Positions 36,540-48,551 of a DNA stretch of 64,000 bases are shown piece after piece. The stretch's first letter is position 1, and each line of letters starts with the position of its first letter. The translations under genes and the position numbers were made by a program. The DNA is from Eledone cirrhosa (taxonomy: Eukaryota), in contig OZ024755.1 of assembly GCA_964016885.1 (NCBI GenBank), positions 19,282,001-19,346,000 on the forward strand, in the 5' to 3' direction. The notes under the pieces were generated by a model. It was not told the DNA's origin. It saw only the letters and a list, made by a program, of their open reading frames with translations, and did not search any database.

Positions 36540-36782
36540 ATACCGAAATTTCAAGGCATATTATGCACATAAATTTTCTTGATCCCCTAGGACCCGCATT
36601 AGGTGAAAACCTACATTTTTCCTGCCTCATCGAGAAAAATCTTAAAGATTATCCAGCCATCAGAGTATTCAGTTTATTTTCTTTACATATTGTCCTGGCA
36701 TGCAGTTTTTCCACGTTTAGGTCTGTTGGCGACCTGCGTTCCAAAATACCTTATCCCGTGCAACGCTGGGTACCACTGCTAG
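36540..36782 (+). mobile_element. Helitron 3' portion
   Basis: CCCGTGCAACGCTGGG hairpin then CTAG|T at 36779-36783, the same terminus type as 34593. Confidence 0.6.
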
Positions 36783-38262
36783 TCTAAAATAAAAATATGT
36801 TAATAAAGATTCTAAAGAGACTGAATAAGCTACTGAAGGAGGATTAGAACTCCTGGATACCCTCTTCTCCAATCACATGCACTCTCTCCTGTTTTTAACC
36901 AATAGAGTTGGCCCTTTCACCCGCACTACTGCTTTTGAAAGAGATTTCTAATATTTTTCCTGTCAAACTTGTTAAACAGGAACTACTAGTTTTAAACTCA
37001 GGTTTTAAACTCAGATCTTTTGTGAGTTTTGATGGGAGTAATGGCTGTTAAATATATATTTATTTTCACTGATATATTAAACCTTGAAGTTATTTCTCCT
37101 GTTGGTAACTGAATTTATAGACAATAGGAGATAAAGAAAAACATCCCATCTTGATTTTCATTAAAAACTGATTGTATATATTTTTAGCATTTGTATTCCT
37201 TTTCATACTTCTACATAAACCCATACGCATGTTTCACATGAATAAAAGCAACAGATAAAATTAGTTTACATCCTCAGTTTAAAAAAGGAAGAGAAATTCA
37301 AGTATCTAACTCTGTCATCACATATTGGTCCATGTAAGTTTCCTTTATATAATATGTAAAAACGAATTTTGAAGTTGATATGAATGTAAACATATTTATG
37401 AAGGAAACATAAATACTGATTTCTTTTGACTAGTCTTAAAGTACATAATGTATCTATGTAAATCTTTTTAGTATAGTAGGATTGGGAAATTATTTTAACC
37501 CAGTCCCCTCTAATTGGGAAATTTCTATAAGGGGTTTTAGGGATTTCACCAGCAAGTTGTTTTAAACCACCCATTTTATAAGGGGCTTTAGGGATTTCAT
37601 CAGCAAATAGTTTTAAATTTGAATGCAGTCATAATTTTGCCTGTGAATTCCCTATCCTAGAGATAGATGGTGGTTGAAATCTTAAAACTGAATTTCTCAC
37701 TAAATGCTTCAGAGCCTTATCAAGGAGTTTAAAAGCTCATATGAAATGCATATGATGTTAAACTGATATTTAGGGCTCCTTATTTTTTCCCAATGAAAGA
37801 AAATTTATGGGGACAATTCTAAGCTTTAAAACTGAGTTCAATTGAAATTTAATAAAATTCTCATGGGGCACCAACACATTCCATACCTATTTCATTTTCA
37901 TCTCCCAATTAATTCCTGTCAACACACCATAAATTAATATTTCAGCTCCGGTAACTACTGTTTATTTATAATTATCTCCTTTTAGCACAAAGCCAGCAAT
38001 TATCCCAGTGCATTACTGGTACTTTATTTTATTGACCCCATAAGGAGGAAAGGCAAAATTAACCTCAGCGGGATTTGAACTCAGACCATAAAGGGCCGTA
38101 ACTCTTTGCTGCAAAGAATGGCGTCCGACCCTCTACCGATACTGCTAATCCACTGCCCTACTGTTTATTTATAATGAGAGATAGTTTAGCATCCATCCAA
38201 TACAGATTGTTGGGAATTTATTAAAGATTTTGTAACTAAAATAAATGTTGTTTTCTTTGCAG

Positions 38263-38531
38263 ATGTATATAATTAAAGTGTTTCTTACTTTTATGCTAAT
38301 GGATAAATATGTGTTTACATTACGTCTAATGTTAGACCAAGAAACATTTAATTTTAAATCAGAATCAAAGATTGAAAATGATGTTAAAATAAAACAGACT
38401 TTCATAGAAAATTACCCAAATTTGTTTCACACTAAGACAGAATTGAAAACAGAAAGCACTGACAAAAGGAGGCCTAACGGGTTTGACCAGACAAGAAGGA
38501 AGATTAACCGTGATGATTGTTGTTGTGGAAC
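38263..38531 (+). CDS. Spaetzle/cystine-knot-like secreted precursor, coding exon 1
   Basis: Polypyrimidine-CAG|ATG; MYIIKVFLTFMLM... hydrophobic start, hydrophilic pro-region, ...DKRR...RRKINRDDCCCG; AC|GTAAGT phase-2 donor. Confidence 0.72.
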
Positions 38532-39069
38532 GTAAGTACCAGTATTGCTTTATTTATTTATTATGATTATTGTTGTTGTGGATTGGCAGTATCAATAGAA
38601 CATCGGACGACATGCTTCGCAGCATAGAGATACGGCCCTTTACGGTCTGTGTTCAAATACTACTCAGGATAGCTGAGCCTTTCATACTTACTGAGTCGAT
38701 AAATAAGCATCAGTGATGCACTGGGGTTGATTTAATTGATTTTCCCTTCCCCCAAAATTGCTGGCCTTGTGCCTAAAGTAGAAACAATTATAATTGTTGT
38801 TGATGTCTAACATAGACACATGACCTCATCAAGTAGAGTCCATTATATTGACCTCAGTATTCACAGGATCACCAGCCAACACTCTCGTGTCTCAAATAAT
38901 GCCTATGTCTGCATGTCTGCATGTGTGCGCAGGTATGGATGTTATTGTATGTGTGGATGTGGATGTTTTGACTTATATGTATGGATGTGCATATGTTTTG
39001 TATCTGCACATGTGTACATGCAGTTATTGCATGCAAAATTTTTGGAATGTTTTACTTATTTTTACTCTT

Positions 39070-40120
39070 CCAGTAATTGTAATTTCCTAACTAGTTGTGT
39101 TCTTTCTGTTCCTGTGAAGCCTAGCTTCTCAAGATTTGTTCTGAGGCAGTTACTAACCTTTCCCGGTACCCCGATAATCACAGGTATAAATCTGAAGGTG
39201 GAGTATCTGCAGATTCCTCATTAGTTCTGCACAAATATTCTCCTTTTCGCTAATCTTTGATATTATATTAGTATCTGCTGGGCAGCTAACTTCCACTACT
39301 GTGCATGCCATCTTTTCTCTGTTCCATATCATTATATCTTGTCTGTTATGCTTGCATTTTTGATTGGAACATTTCACCAGTCATCTTTTATATTATGTAT
39401 GTATATGTTTTCCACATTGCTGTAACTTTGAATGTTTATTGTCGGGGCTATCTTTTCTATGGATTGCATTGTATAGTGTTTTGGCCACTACATCATGCCT
39501 CTTAGGTAGATAGTTACTGTTTTGACATCTTTTGACAGTTACTTATGACATGGGTGACATCTTCCATATTAATTCTGCAGAGTCTGCATTTGTTGTCACT
39601 TCTAGGTGTTTTGCCTGCATCCCTATCTCTTTTGTGAATCAGGTATTTTGTATTAATTTCCTGTTCTTGGATTGCAAAAGCATATTCTTCAAAGTGAGAG
39701 TCAATATAACAGTTGTTGGTCCAAGATAAACTACTTTGCCTACCTCTATTACTCTCACCCTAGAGCCTCCTGGCAACATATTCACAGTGGTATTGCTGGG
39801 CAATTTCCCTGAGTATGAGTTTTTGATTATCATACAGGAAGTATCTTTCAAGGAATTCCTTCCCAACCCACATGATCTTATCTGTCTCATGCAGACAGAT
39901 TTGCTTAATAGACAACAAGACCTCCCATACTTCTGGCTCCCTAGACCACAATGTCTAATGTGTTCTTTGTTGTTTAAAAGTTTAAAACAAAAGAACATAA
40001 TTAGGAGATCAAACAACCAAAGTGGACAGTTTCTTACCAGCATTTCAAACAACCATACCTCCGCTTCCACAGTGGATGTTCCATACCAACATTTCCAAAA
40101 CAAGAAACTTGTTGCACCAG
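39070..40120 (-). mobile_element. Decayed RLE-type non-LTR retrotransposon (zinc knuckle and endonuclease) in intron 1 of the Spaetzle-like gene
   Basis: CRINMEDVTHVISNC and HNRQDIMIW...VVEVSCP...KENI..EL...IPVIIG with frameshifts. Confidence 0.7.
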
Positions 40121-40227
40121 AAAATGAACATAATTGAACTCACATATATCAGATTAGATCAGATAATAGTTCAATATGAGATAATATTGAAGTCAGTTAA
40201 TTTTCCTTACTGTTTGTTTATAATTAA

Positions 40228-40458
40228 TCTATCTATCTATTTAATGCTAAAACTCTGTGATTGTGTGCTTGTCTGTAATTTAATACAACCAGAACGTTGT
40301 ATAATGGGAAAATACTTTGAAAGGAAGTTGCTTCTGAAATGGGAATACAAAGGGAATAAAGCAAGTTTCACGTAAATTGGAGTACGGGTTCCCAAGATTC
40401 GGGGTTTTTCTGGCTACCTTCATAAAAAGAGAGAGGTTGTGAGAGAATAGATTCAAAG

Positions 40459-40489
<31 letters not shown>

Positions 40490-40990
40490 AGGCACATGGC
40501 TTAGTGGTTAGAGCATTGGGCTTGCAATTGAAAGGTTGTGAGTTCAATTCTCAGACCGGGTGATGTGTTGTTTCCTAGACCAAGACACTTTATTTCACAT
40601 TGCTCCAGTTTACTCAGCTATAGAAATGAGATGATAGGACTGGGGTCCCTATCATTCCACTGCAAAGTCGACGTGTAGGCGCCACGGAAAAAAGCATCCA
40701 GCACTCACTATAAATGAGGTTGGTGTTAGGAAGGGCATCCAGCTGTAGAAATCAAGCCAGAATCAGTTCCTGTAAGAGCAACACAAAGTCAGCCGACCAG
40801 ACAATCCGTCTAACCCATGCTAGCATGGAAGAATGGACGTAAAACGGTGATGATGATGATGATATATACACATACACACACATATATATATGGGCTTTCC
40901 AATTTCATTTTACATTATATACATGTCTGTATATATTTAAAAAAATATATTTTCAAGTGTACGTGACCCAACGGGTCACAGGTGGTCTAG
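40228..40990 (+). mobile_element. Non-autonomous Helitron with a nested full-length SINE-B (40490-40863)
   Basis: A|TCTATCTATCTATTTAATG... GTGACCC-AAC-GGGTCAC hairpin ...CTAG|T. Confidence 0.7.
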
Positions 40991-41016
40991 TTTCTAATAA
41001 TCTTTCATTTTTCCAG

Positions 41017-41130
41017 CCAAGAAACTTTCAAAATTGTGAAAGAACTGACAACTGTTCATGGAACTGTAAAACAAATTATCAATTTTAAAGGTGCCTATCA
41101 AGTTATTCCTTGGGCTACGTGTTTGAATTG
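41017..41130 (+). CDS. Spaetzle/cystine-knot-like precursor, coding exon 2
   Basis: TTTTTCCAG| (T)QETFKIVKELTTVHGTVKQIINFKGAYQVIPWATCLN(W) |GTAAGT; 114 nt, phase 2-2, open. Confidence 0.8.
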
Positions 41131-41968
41131 GTAAGTAAGGTGTAGACTGTAAATATTTTTCTCCTGCTTCCTTCCTCCTTTCCTTCTGCCATCTCTTTTT
41201 ATGCTGTTTGACCCTTCTTTTTTTTTCTTCTTTTCATTTTCTCCTTTTTTCTTCTTTTTCTGTTACCTTTTATAGTGTGCTTTGTTTCCTATTAGATACT
41301 GTGACACGTTCTCTGCTACCAACCTAGTCACTTTGGCCACAAACCTCGGTACCATGACCCACAATGCAAAAGACAGGACAAACAAGCACTGGAGTTTGTT
41401 TGGCTGCTTCCTCTTTGCACTGGTCACTGTCAAGACTTCAGGTGTCCTCAAACCCCAAACAGCTGATGATCTCCTCTGTAAATTCATAATGACAGTAGCC
41501 CGTTTAAGGAAGGAGTCCCACAAGGTGGGGTGGCTGTTGCAGTGGGTGTCGTTGGCCAATGTCCGCAGCAATACCTTTGCTATTTCATCCGTGAGGTGCA
41601 GCCAAAACACAGCTCTGACTTAGGTGTAGAGTCTGTCACCCTCTCTCCTTCCCTTTTTCTTTCGTTGCTGAATAATCCTTGCCCTTTTCCTCCTATTTAT
41701 AGTCATTTGCAATGCTACTCTCTTTTTCATTATATTTAACTAAATATGAAATTCTTTATTAATTTTATGTGATTTTATCCATATGATTTTTTTCATATGT
41801 CAATAACTTTTCATGACATTGAGAGATTATATATATTGGATAAATAAAATCTATTACATAAAAAAAGGAGTAGACTGTAAAACCCGTTCTCTAGCACCAT
41901 AGTTCTGCCAAAAAAATGTTTGGACATGCAAGCTTAAAATAATTTTCATTTAATTTTCTTTTGTTTAG

Positions 41969-42092
41969 GGGTTCTTGTCTAAACTGCCGCCTAATGAAAA
42001 GAACTATTTCTCTGCTGGCCTGGACAGAAGTAGGGACTGGTAAAAAACCAATGTTTGATTTGTTTTCCGTTCCTATGTATTGCTCATGTTAA
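41969..42092 (+). CDS. Spaetzle/cystine-knot-like precursor, last coding exon
   Basis: TTTTGTTTAG| GSCLNCRLMKRTISLLAWTEVGTGKKPMFDLFSVPMYCSC*; the C...LLA...D.F.VP..CxC ending is typical of Spaetzle domains. Confidence 0.8.
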
Positions 42093-42126
42093 CTTTAATT
42101 CAAACATGTTAATCCTTATTATTTAA

Positions 42127-42348
42127 CCCTTTAGCATTTAAACCAGCCATATCCGGCCAGAATTCTCTCACCTCTTTCTGTTCAAACCGGCCATAACCAG
42201 CCACTCATATTGACATTAAGGTATTGTTTTCAACACAAATATCAAAATTTTGTAGATTCAACATTATGTGAGATAATTATGTGAGGTAAATAAAGCCTTT
42301 ATTGTAAAAATACAATAGTAAATATAGAGTAATATAAATGCTAAAGGG
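42127..42348. mobile_element. piggyBac-type MITE, about 222 bp (also 62199-62419, 45906-46113 and degraded copies near 3055, 30115, 33100, 45530)
   Basis: TTAA|CCCTTTAGCATTTA...TAAATGCTAAAGGG|TTAA. Confidence 0.85.
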
Positions 42349-43759
42349 TTAAACTGATACTTTCAAACTCTACTGAAATCAATGCATAGGATGTATTTCT
42401 TGATAGTTATTGTATTGTCCTCTTCATTATAACAAAAATCATTTTGAAATATGTATTTGTAATGTTTTGTTGATATAAACTGTTCTCTTAGCTCAAATCT
42501 GAGATCAACTCTACCTTTCACTTTTTCAAGGTTAATAAAATAAAGTGCTAGCTCAGGATTTTTAGGATATCTTCCTCTCTTCTTTGCAGTTTCTGAAAGG
42601 TGTAACAACCGTAGGTACTAGATGGTTAAACAAATATTATATCATTATCTAATGTCTAATTTTCCACACTTGCATGGTTTAGACATGTTGTCACATTACA
42701 AGACAAATCAGGTCTGGAGACCACATCATACTCATACAGATCAGTATTTCTGAAAGGTGTTACAGTCATGGGGACTAGATAGTTAAAGAAATATTATATC
42801 ATCATTTAATGTCTATTTTTTCATGCTTGCATGGGTTTGATGGGTTATTATGTTACGAGACAAGTCAGGTCTGGAGACCATGCCATCCTCATACAGATCT
42901 GTATTTTGGCTTGGTTTTTACAGCTGGATGTCCTTCCTAACTCCAACCACATTACAGTGTTACACTGTTTTATATTTATTAACATATTTCTAATGAAATA
43001 CACTACCTATGTATTTCAATTAATTTTGAAAATTATCAAATATCTAGACCCAGGAGTAGACCCTGAGCAAGATGGTTGGATAACATCCACGAGCTCGGCT
43101 GGTCTCACTTGGGGTTCCAGCCAGATCAATTGGAGATGGTTGCTTCTGACAGGACGTGCTGGCATGACTCTCTCAAAAATAAGTGGGTGAAGAAGAAGAT
43201 GATCAAATATTAGGAGGAATTTAATAAAATTACAAATTCTGTATTTAATAACCTAATAATCAGAACACTACTTAATTAAATGCTATACATCCCTTTATCT
43301 AGATATCATTATTATCACCATTTAACATCCATTTTCCACTCTAGCATGTGTTAAATGAATTGTCCCATTGTAAGACAAGTCAAATCAGCAGACTATGCCT
43401 TGCTCATACAGAAATGTTTCTGGCTTGGTTTCTACAGCTGTATACTCTTCCTAACACCAACCACATTTACAGTGTGGACTGGGTACCTTTTATCATGGCA
43501 CCAAATTGATCACTTTAGAGTGTGGACTAGGTGCTTTTTGTCATGTCACCAACACAACCACGTTACAGTGCGAACTAGGCTCTTTTTATCATGACACCAA
43601 CACAATCACTCCACAGTGTGAACTGGGCGCTTTTAATCAGCGTTGTAGTAACTGGCCTTAATAATCACATATAATAATATTGAAATTATTGTGCACAGTG
43701 CTCAAGTGCACTATAAGATCAAAATGTTGGAAGATTAAGTATTTCTATACAAATCCTGT

Positions 43760-44680
43760 TATATAGAAAAAATAAGGATTTGAAAAAAGTGCCTAATGTG
43801 TTTTTATTGTATATAGATGAGATGTGTATAGTGCAGAACGTAAAAAATATTTTTTCACATAAAAAAAAAGTTTTTGTACTTACATATTACATGTATAGTA
43901 AACAACGAAAACTTTTTTTTTTTTTTACATTAAAAAAAAATAGTTCTGTACTTTGTCACCTGTGTAGTTGACAACGAAATTTTTTTTTTTTTTTAGATAA
44001 AAATTTTTTTTGTTGTACTTTTGTACTTTTGTACTTACATATTAGTCCTGGAGAGGGATGGGCTCCACCAGGCTTAAAATGTCAAAGAAGCGCCATATGT
44101 CAATTCGGCGCCCCTACGGCTCTATCAGGAGTCACAGGACCATACATACATAGTTACATATTACGTGTATAGTAAAGAACGAAAGCAATTTTTTTTTTAC
44201 ATTAAAAAAGAAGTTTTGTACTTTGTCACGTGTGTAGTTGACAACAAAACTTTTTTTTTTTTTTTACATAAAAAAAAAAAGATTTTTGTACTTTGTACTT
44301 ACATATTACATGTATAGTAAACGACGAAAAAAAAAGAAGCTTTTTTCATGAAAAAGAATAGTTTTGTACTTAACCGGTTTCGCCCAAAACACTGTTTCAA
44401 AAGTTTGTTTTCCATGCTTAATTTATTAGTTTTCCATTTGCAATGTAAGTGTCACTTATGTTGTTGTTAAAACAAGGGACGCAACTGCTCGTATTTTTGT
44501 CCCTTACGTCTAGGAAAAAACGCAATTCTTGACAAGGAACGTAGTATGCAAAGTGTAAAGTTTTGTTCTCAGTTTTTTTTATGTAAAAATATATTTTTAC
44601 GTTGTATACTATACACGTGATATGTATATAAAATAAAAACACATAAGATGCTTTTTTTCAAATCTTTATTTTTATCCATA
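43760..44680. mobile_element. Fold-back-like element with about 110-bp diverged terminal inverted repeats and internal direct repeats
   Basis: 43775-43870 is the imperfect reverse complement of 44572-44665; TTTGTACTTACATATTACATGTATAGTAAA recurs inside. Confidence 0.6.
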
Positions 44681-44740
44681 TAGATATGGCTTTCTTAATG
44701 GTTTCCTTTGATTGAAACAATTCTAGTCTCGTAGATGCAA

Positions 44741-44785
<45 letters not shown>

Positions 44786-44801
44786 GCTGTAGTAAAAATT
44801 T

Positions 44802-44923
44802 GTAACTCCAAATAAGAAATTGCTGATATAAATTTGTGGCCATCTTTATTTTTATTATGACAGGCTGAATAAGTTTCAGTCCAAAACCCAACGAAACTTA
44901 AGTACCTGTTTATGTCACTGTTG

Positions 44924-44957
<34 letters not shown>

Positions 44958-45079
44958 CAACAGTGACATAAACAGGTACTTAAGTTTCGTTGGGTTTTGG
45001 ACTGAAACTTATTCAGCCTGTCATAATAAAAATAAAAATGGCCACAAATTTATATCAGCAATTTCTTATTTGGAGTTAC
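44802..45079. repeat. 278-bp spacerless palindrome centred on (TA)n
   Basis: GTAACTCC...TTGTAA(TA)nTTACAA...GGAGTTAC; one mismatch between the arms. Confidence 0.95.
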
Positions 45080-48000
45080 TGCCTTCTAGATGTACTGCAG
45101 GACCATGTCTAGCTTGTATGTTCCAATTTTAGTATAGTCTGTACAGTCAGATGTCCTTCCTCACATCAACAATTATAAAGAGTGTATTTATTAGATGTTT
45201 GCCACCAGCACCCGAGGGGTTGCTAAGTCCTCTACATGATTAAAGAATCTTCTCAACCAACTATGGTCTGTGTTTAGTCATGAGATTCAGTTTCTTGAGA
45301 GATCAATCTTCTCTACATTGTTCCAATTGCTCTCCCTTTTCTACAGGTTCTTGTGAGGTCAATCTTCTCTACTTTGTTCCAACTCTTCTTTGGTCTTCCT
45401 ATTCTACAGGTGCTTGAGAAATCAATCTTCTCCACTTTGCTCCAACTCTTCTTTCGTCCGCCCTTTTCTACTGGTTGGTTCCATCCACTTCTAACACTTG
45501 GCACATTTTTGAACAACTGGCACCCTTAAAACCCTTTAGCATCTACATTATTCTACATATACTATTGTATTTTAACAGTAGAAGCTTTATCTTACATAAT
45601 TATCTCACATAATATCGAATCAATGAGATTGTGATATTATTTATTTTGAGAACAATACTTTAACATAGGTATGAGCATCTAGTTATAGCTGTTTGAACAG
45701 AAAGAGGTGAGAGAATTCTGGCTGCATATGGCCAGAACATGAAGAGCTGGAACAAACACTGCAAGGCATTTTGTCCAATGATCTAATGGTTCTATCATTT
45801 ACATCCTTCTTTTTCCTCAATGCATGTATGCATGGTCCTGTAACTCATGAGGGAGTCGTAGTGTCACAATATTGACATATGACATTTTTTGGACATTTCT
45901 TTTAACCCTTTAGCATTTAAAACAGTCATATCCAGCCAGAATTCTCTCACCTCTTTCTGTTCAAACCGGTTGTAACTGGCCACTCATACTTATGTTAAAG
46001 TATTGTTCTCAAAATGAATAACATCAAAATCACATAGATTCGATACTATGTGAGGTAAAGCCTTTACTGTGAAAATATGACAGTATATATAGAGTAATGT
46101 AAATGCTAAAAGGTTAAACCTGGTGGAGCCTATCTCCTTTCTAAGTTTGAATAGAGCAGATTTTTTCCATAGAAGGGTAGAGAGAGTGAGAGAAAAAAGG
46201 AAGTGAGAGAGATAAAGTAAGAATTAACCCAAGTATTGAACTGGTAGTCTCTTTTTAGCAAACTCGAATGGATGAAAGACGAAGTCGACCTTGACTGAAT
46301 TTGAACTGAGAGAACAGAGAGTCAGAACAAACATCACAAAGCATTCTATCTGACATTCTAAAGACTTTGCCAATTCACATCATCATCATCATTATCATCA
46401 TTTAATGTCCATCTTCCACGCTAGCATGGGTTAGACGGTTTTGTTCCATTTGATGCGGGAATGGTTGGGAGACCATGTCTCGCTTGCACGGAAGCGTCTC
46501 TGGCAGGTTTTTTTTTTTTACAGCTGGATGCCCTTCCTAGCACCAACCACATTTACAGTGTGGACTGGGAGCCTTTTCACCTTGTCTCCTACACGACCAC
46601 TTTACAGTGTGGACTGTTGTGTCATCGACAGAGTGGATGGAACCATCATACATATCGCCCACACCTCACCTCCCATACATACAGTTTATTAAAATGAATT
46701 GACAACAAAACTATTGAAACCCATCACATAAACAGATTTAATCATACTGTATTTACAATAAATGGTGAAAAGAAATATCAAGTAGCAGACAAAGTCCTCA
46801 ACTTCCTGGCAGAATTGAACAAACATAAAGAAAGAAAACAAAACAAACAACAAAAAAAAAAACAATAAACAACCAACAAAAAAAAAAACAGTCAGTATTA
46901 ACTATGATATCACTGTTCCGAACAAATTTGTACATAGATTTAACATCTGTATTTGAGTAGACAAGTAGCATGTATATGTGACGTTAGATGTGTGTATGTG
47001 TAAGTGTGTGTGGTTGGGTGTATGTATATGTGGTCGTGTGTGTGAATGTGTGTGTTTGGGTGTGTGTATGTGGTTGAGTGATTGGGTGTGTATATGGTGT
47101 GTGTGTGTGGGTAGGTTTGTGAGTGAGTGTTGATCTAATTAAAGTACTAATTAAAGAACTAATTAAAGTACTCATTAAAGTACTAATTAAAGAAACTAAT
47201 TAAGTACATTTAAGGTAATACTGTTTAAAACCACTTCAGTCAAAGTGAAAAAGGAAGCACAATAAGTATTTCTGCTGGCTTGAGGAATGTGAAAGAATTA
47301 GTGTTGTTCTTGTTGGCATTACGTTCCTTTACGATCTGAGTTCAAATCCTGCCGAGGTTGACTTTGCCTTTCATCCTTACGGGGTCGATAAAATAAAGTA
47401 CCAGTAATGCACTAGGATAATTGCTGGCTTTGTGCCTAAAGTAGAAACAATTATTATTACTATTATCATTAGTAGTAGTAGTTGTAGTAGTAGTGTAATG
47501 TTACTTATTGAAAACTGGGTTCCTTTACATCACATTACAGACAACAGCATTTGTTAATTCCCTCATAGGGCAGGGGTCCTGTTGTTTTTATGTAGTTGTT
47601 GCAGTCCTTATAGGAGGTTAAAAACAATTTTTTTTTAATGATATAGGGTGAGGGGGTTATTTTTCTTTCTCTTCTTTTGCTTGAATATAAAGAATGGATC
47701 ATAAATGAGAGGTGTTGGCCATCTCATTGAAACAAATGTGAAGGAATTCAGTTTATTGGTGAATTGATGTAAGCTCCCAAACTATTGATCTCTCTGTTGT
47801 GGCTGGAAATAGATTTCAAACATAGGTATATAGGTTGTAAATGTTTGTAGTTGGAAAAATTGTATATATGTATGGACTCATAATTCCTGAGGTAGTCCTA
47901 GGGGCACCATATTGACATACAGCATTTCTAGAACATTTTTTCAAAATCAGGCGGAGTCCATCTTCCCTCCAGGTTTGAAGACAGCAGATTTCTTCCAGAG

Positions 48001-48500
48001 AAGGATAGAGAGAGTGAGAGAAAGGAAGTGAGAAAGAGAGATATAGAGGAAGAATCGACCCGAGTATTAGACTGGTACTTTTTTTTATATCAACCTTAAA
48101 TGGATGAAAGGCAAAGTTGACCTCAATGGAATTTGAACTCGGGGAGCAGAGTGTCTGAATGAATATTGCAAAGCATTCTATTATTTGACATTTGAACAAC
48201 TCTGCTAATTCACTGCCATTGTGGAGATTACAACTGACTAAAACTAAACTTTGGTACTTTTTAATTTTGACCTTTATTTTATCAACCCTCAGAAGAATGA
48301 AAAGTCAAAATGATTTTGGCAGTATTTGGTATTTGAACTTAGAACAAAGGGATGGTAACAAAAATACCACAAGGTATTGTCTGTCCCTATTTTGATTCTG
48401 CAAATCCACCACCCTTTTATGTTATTCTCTCTCTCTCTATCATATTTTTTTATTTATGTACTGAGCATTCTACAGTGGTGAATTGGGTTAAATATGCAAA

Positions 48501-48551
<51 letters not shown>

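Noticed and set aside
40490-40560. tRNA-like sequences (also near 19350, 30410, 5560-5628 and 53000-53075)
   Set aside because: A/B boxes run straight into SINE bodies and there is no intact acceptor stem; these are SINE heads, not tRNA genes
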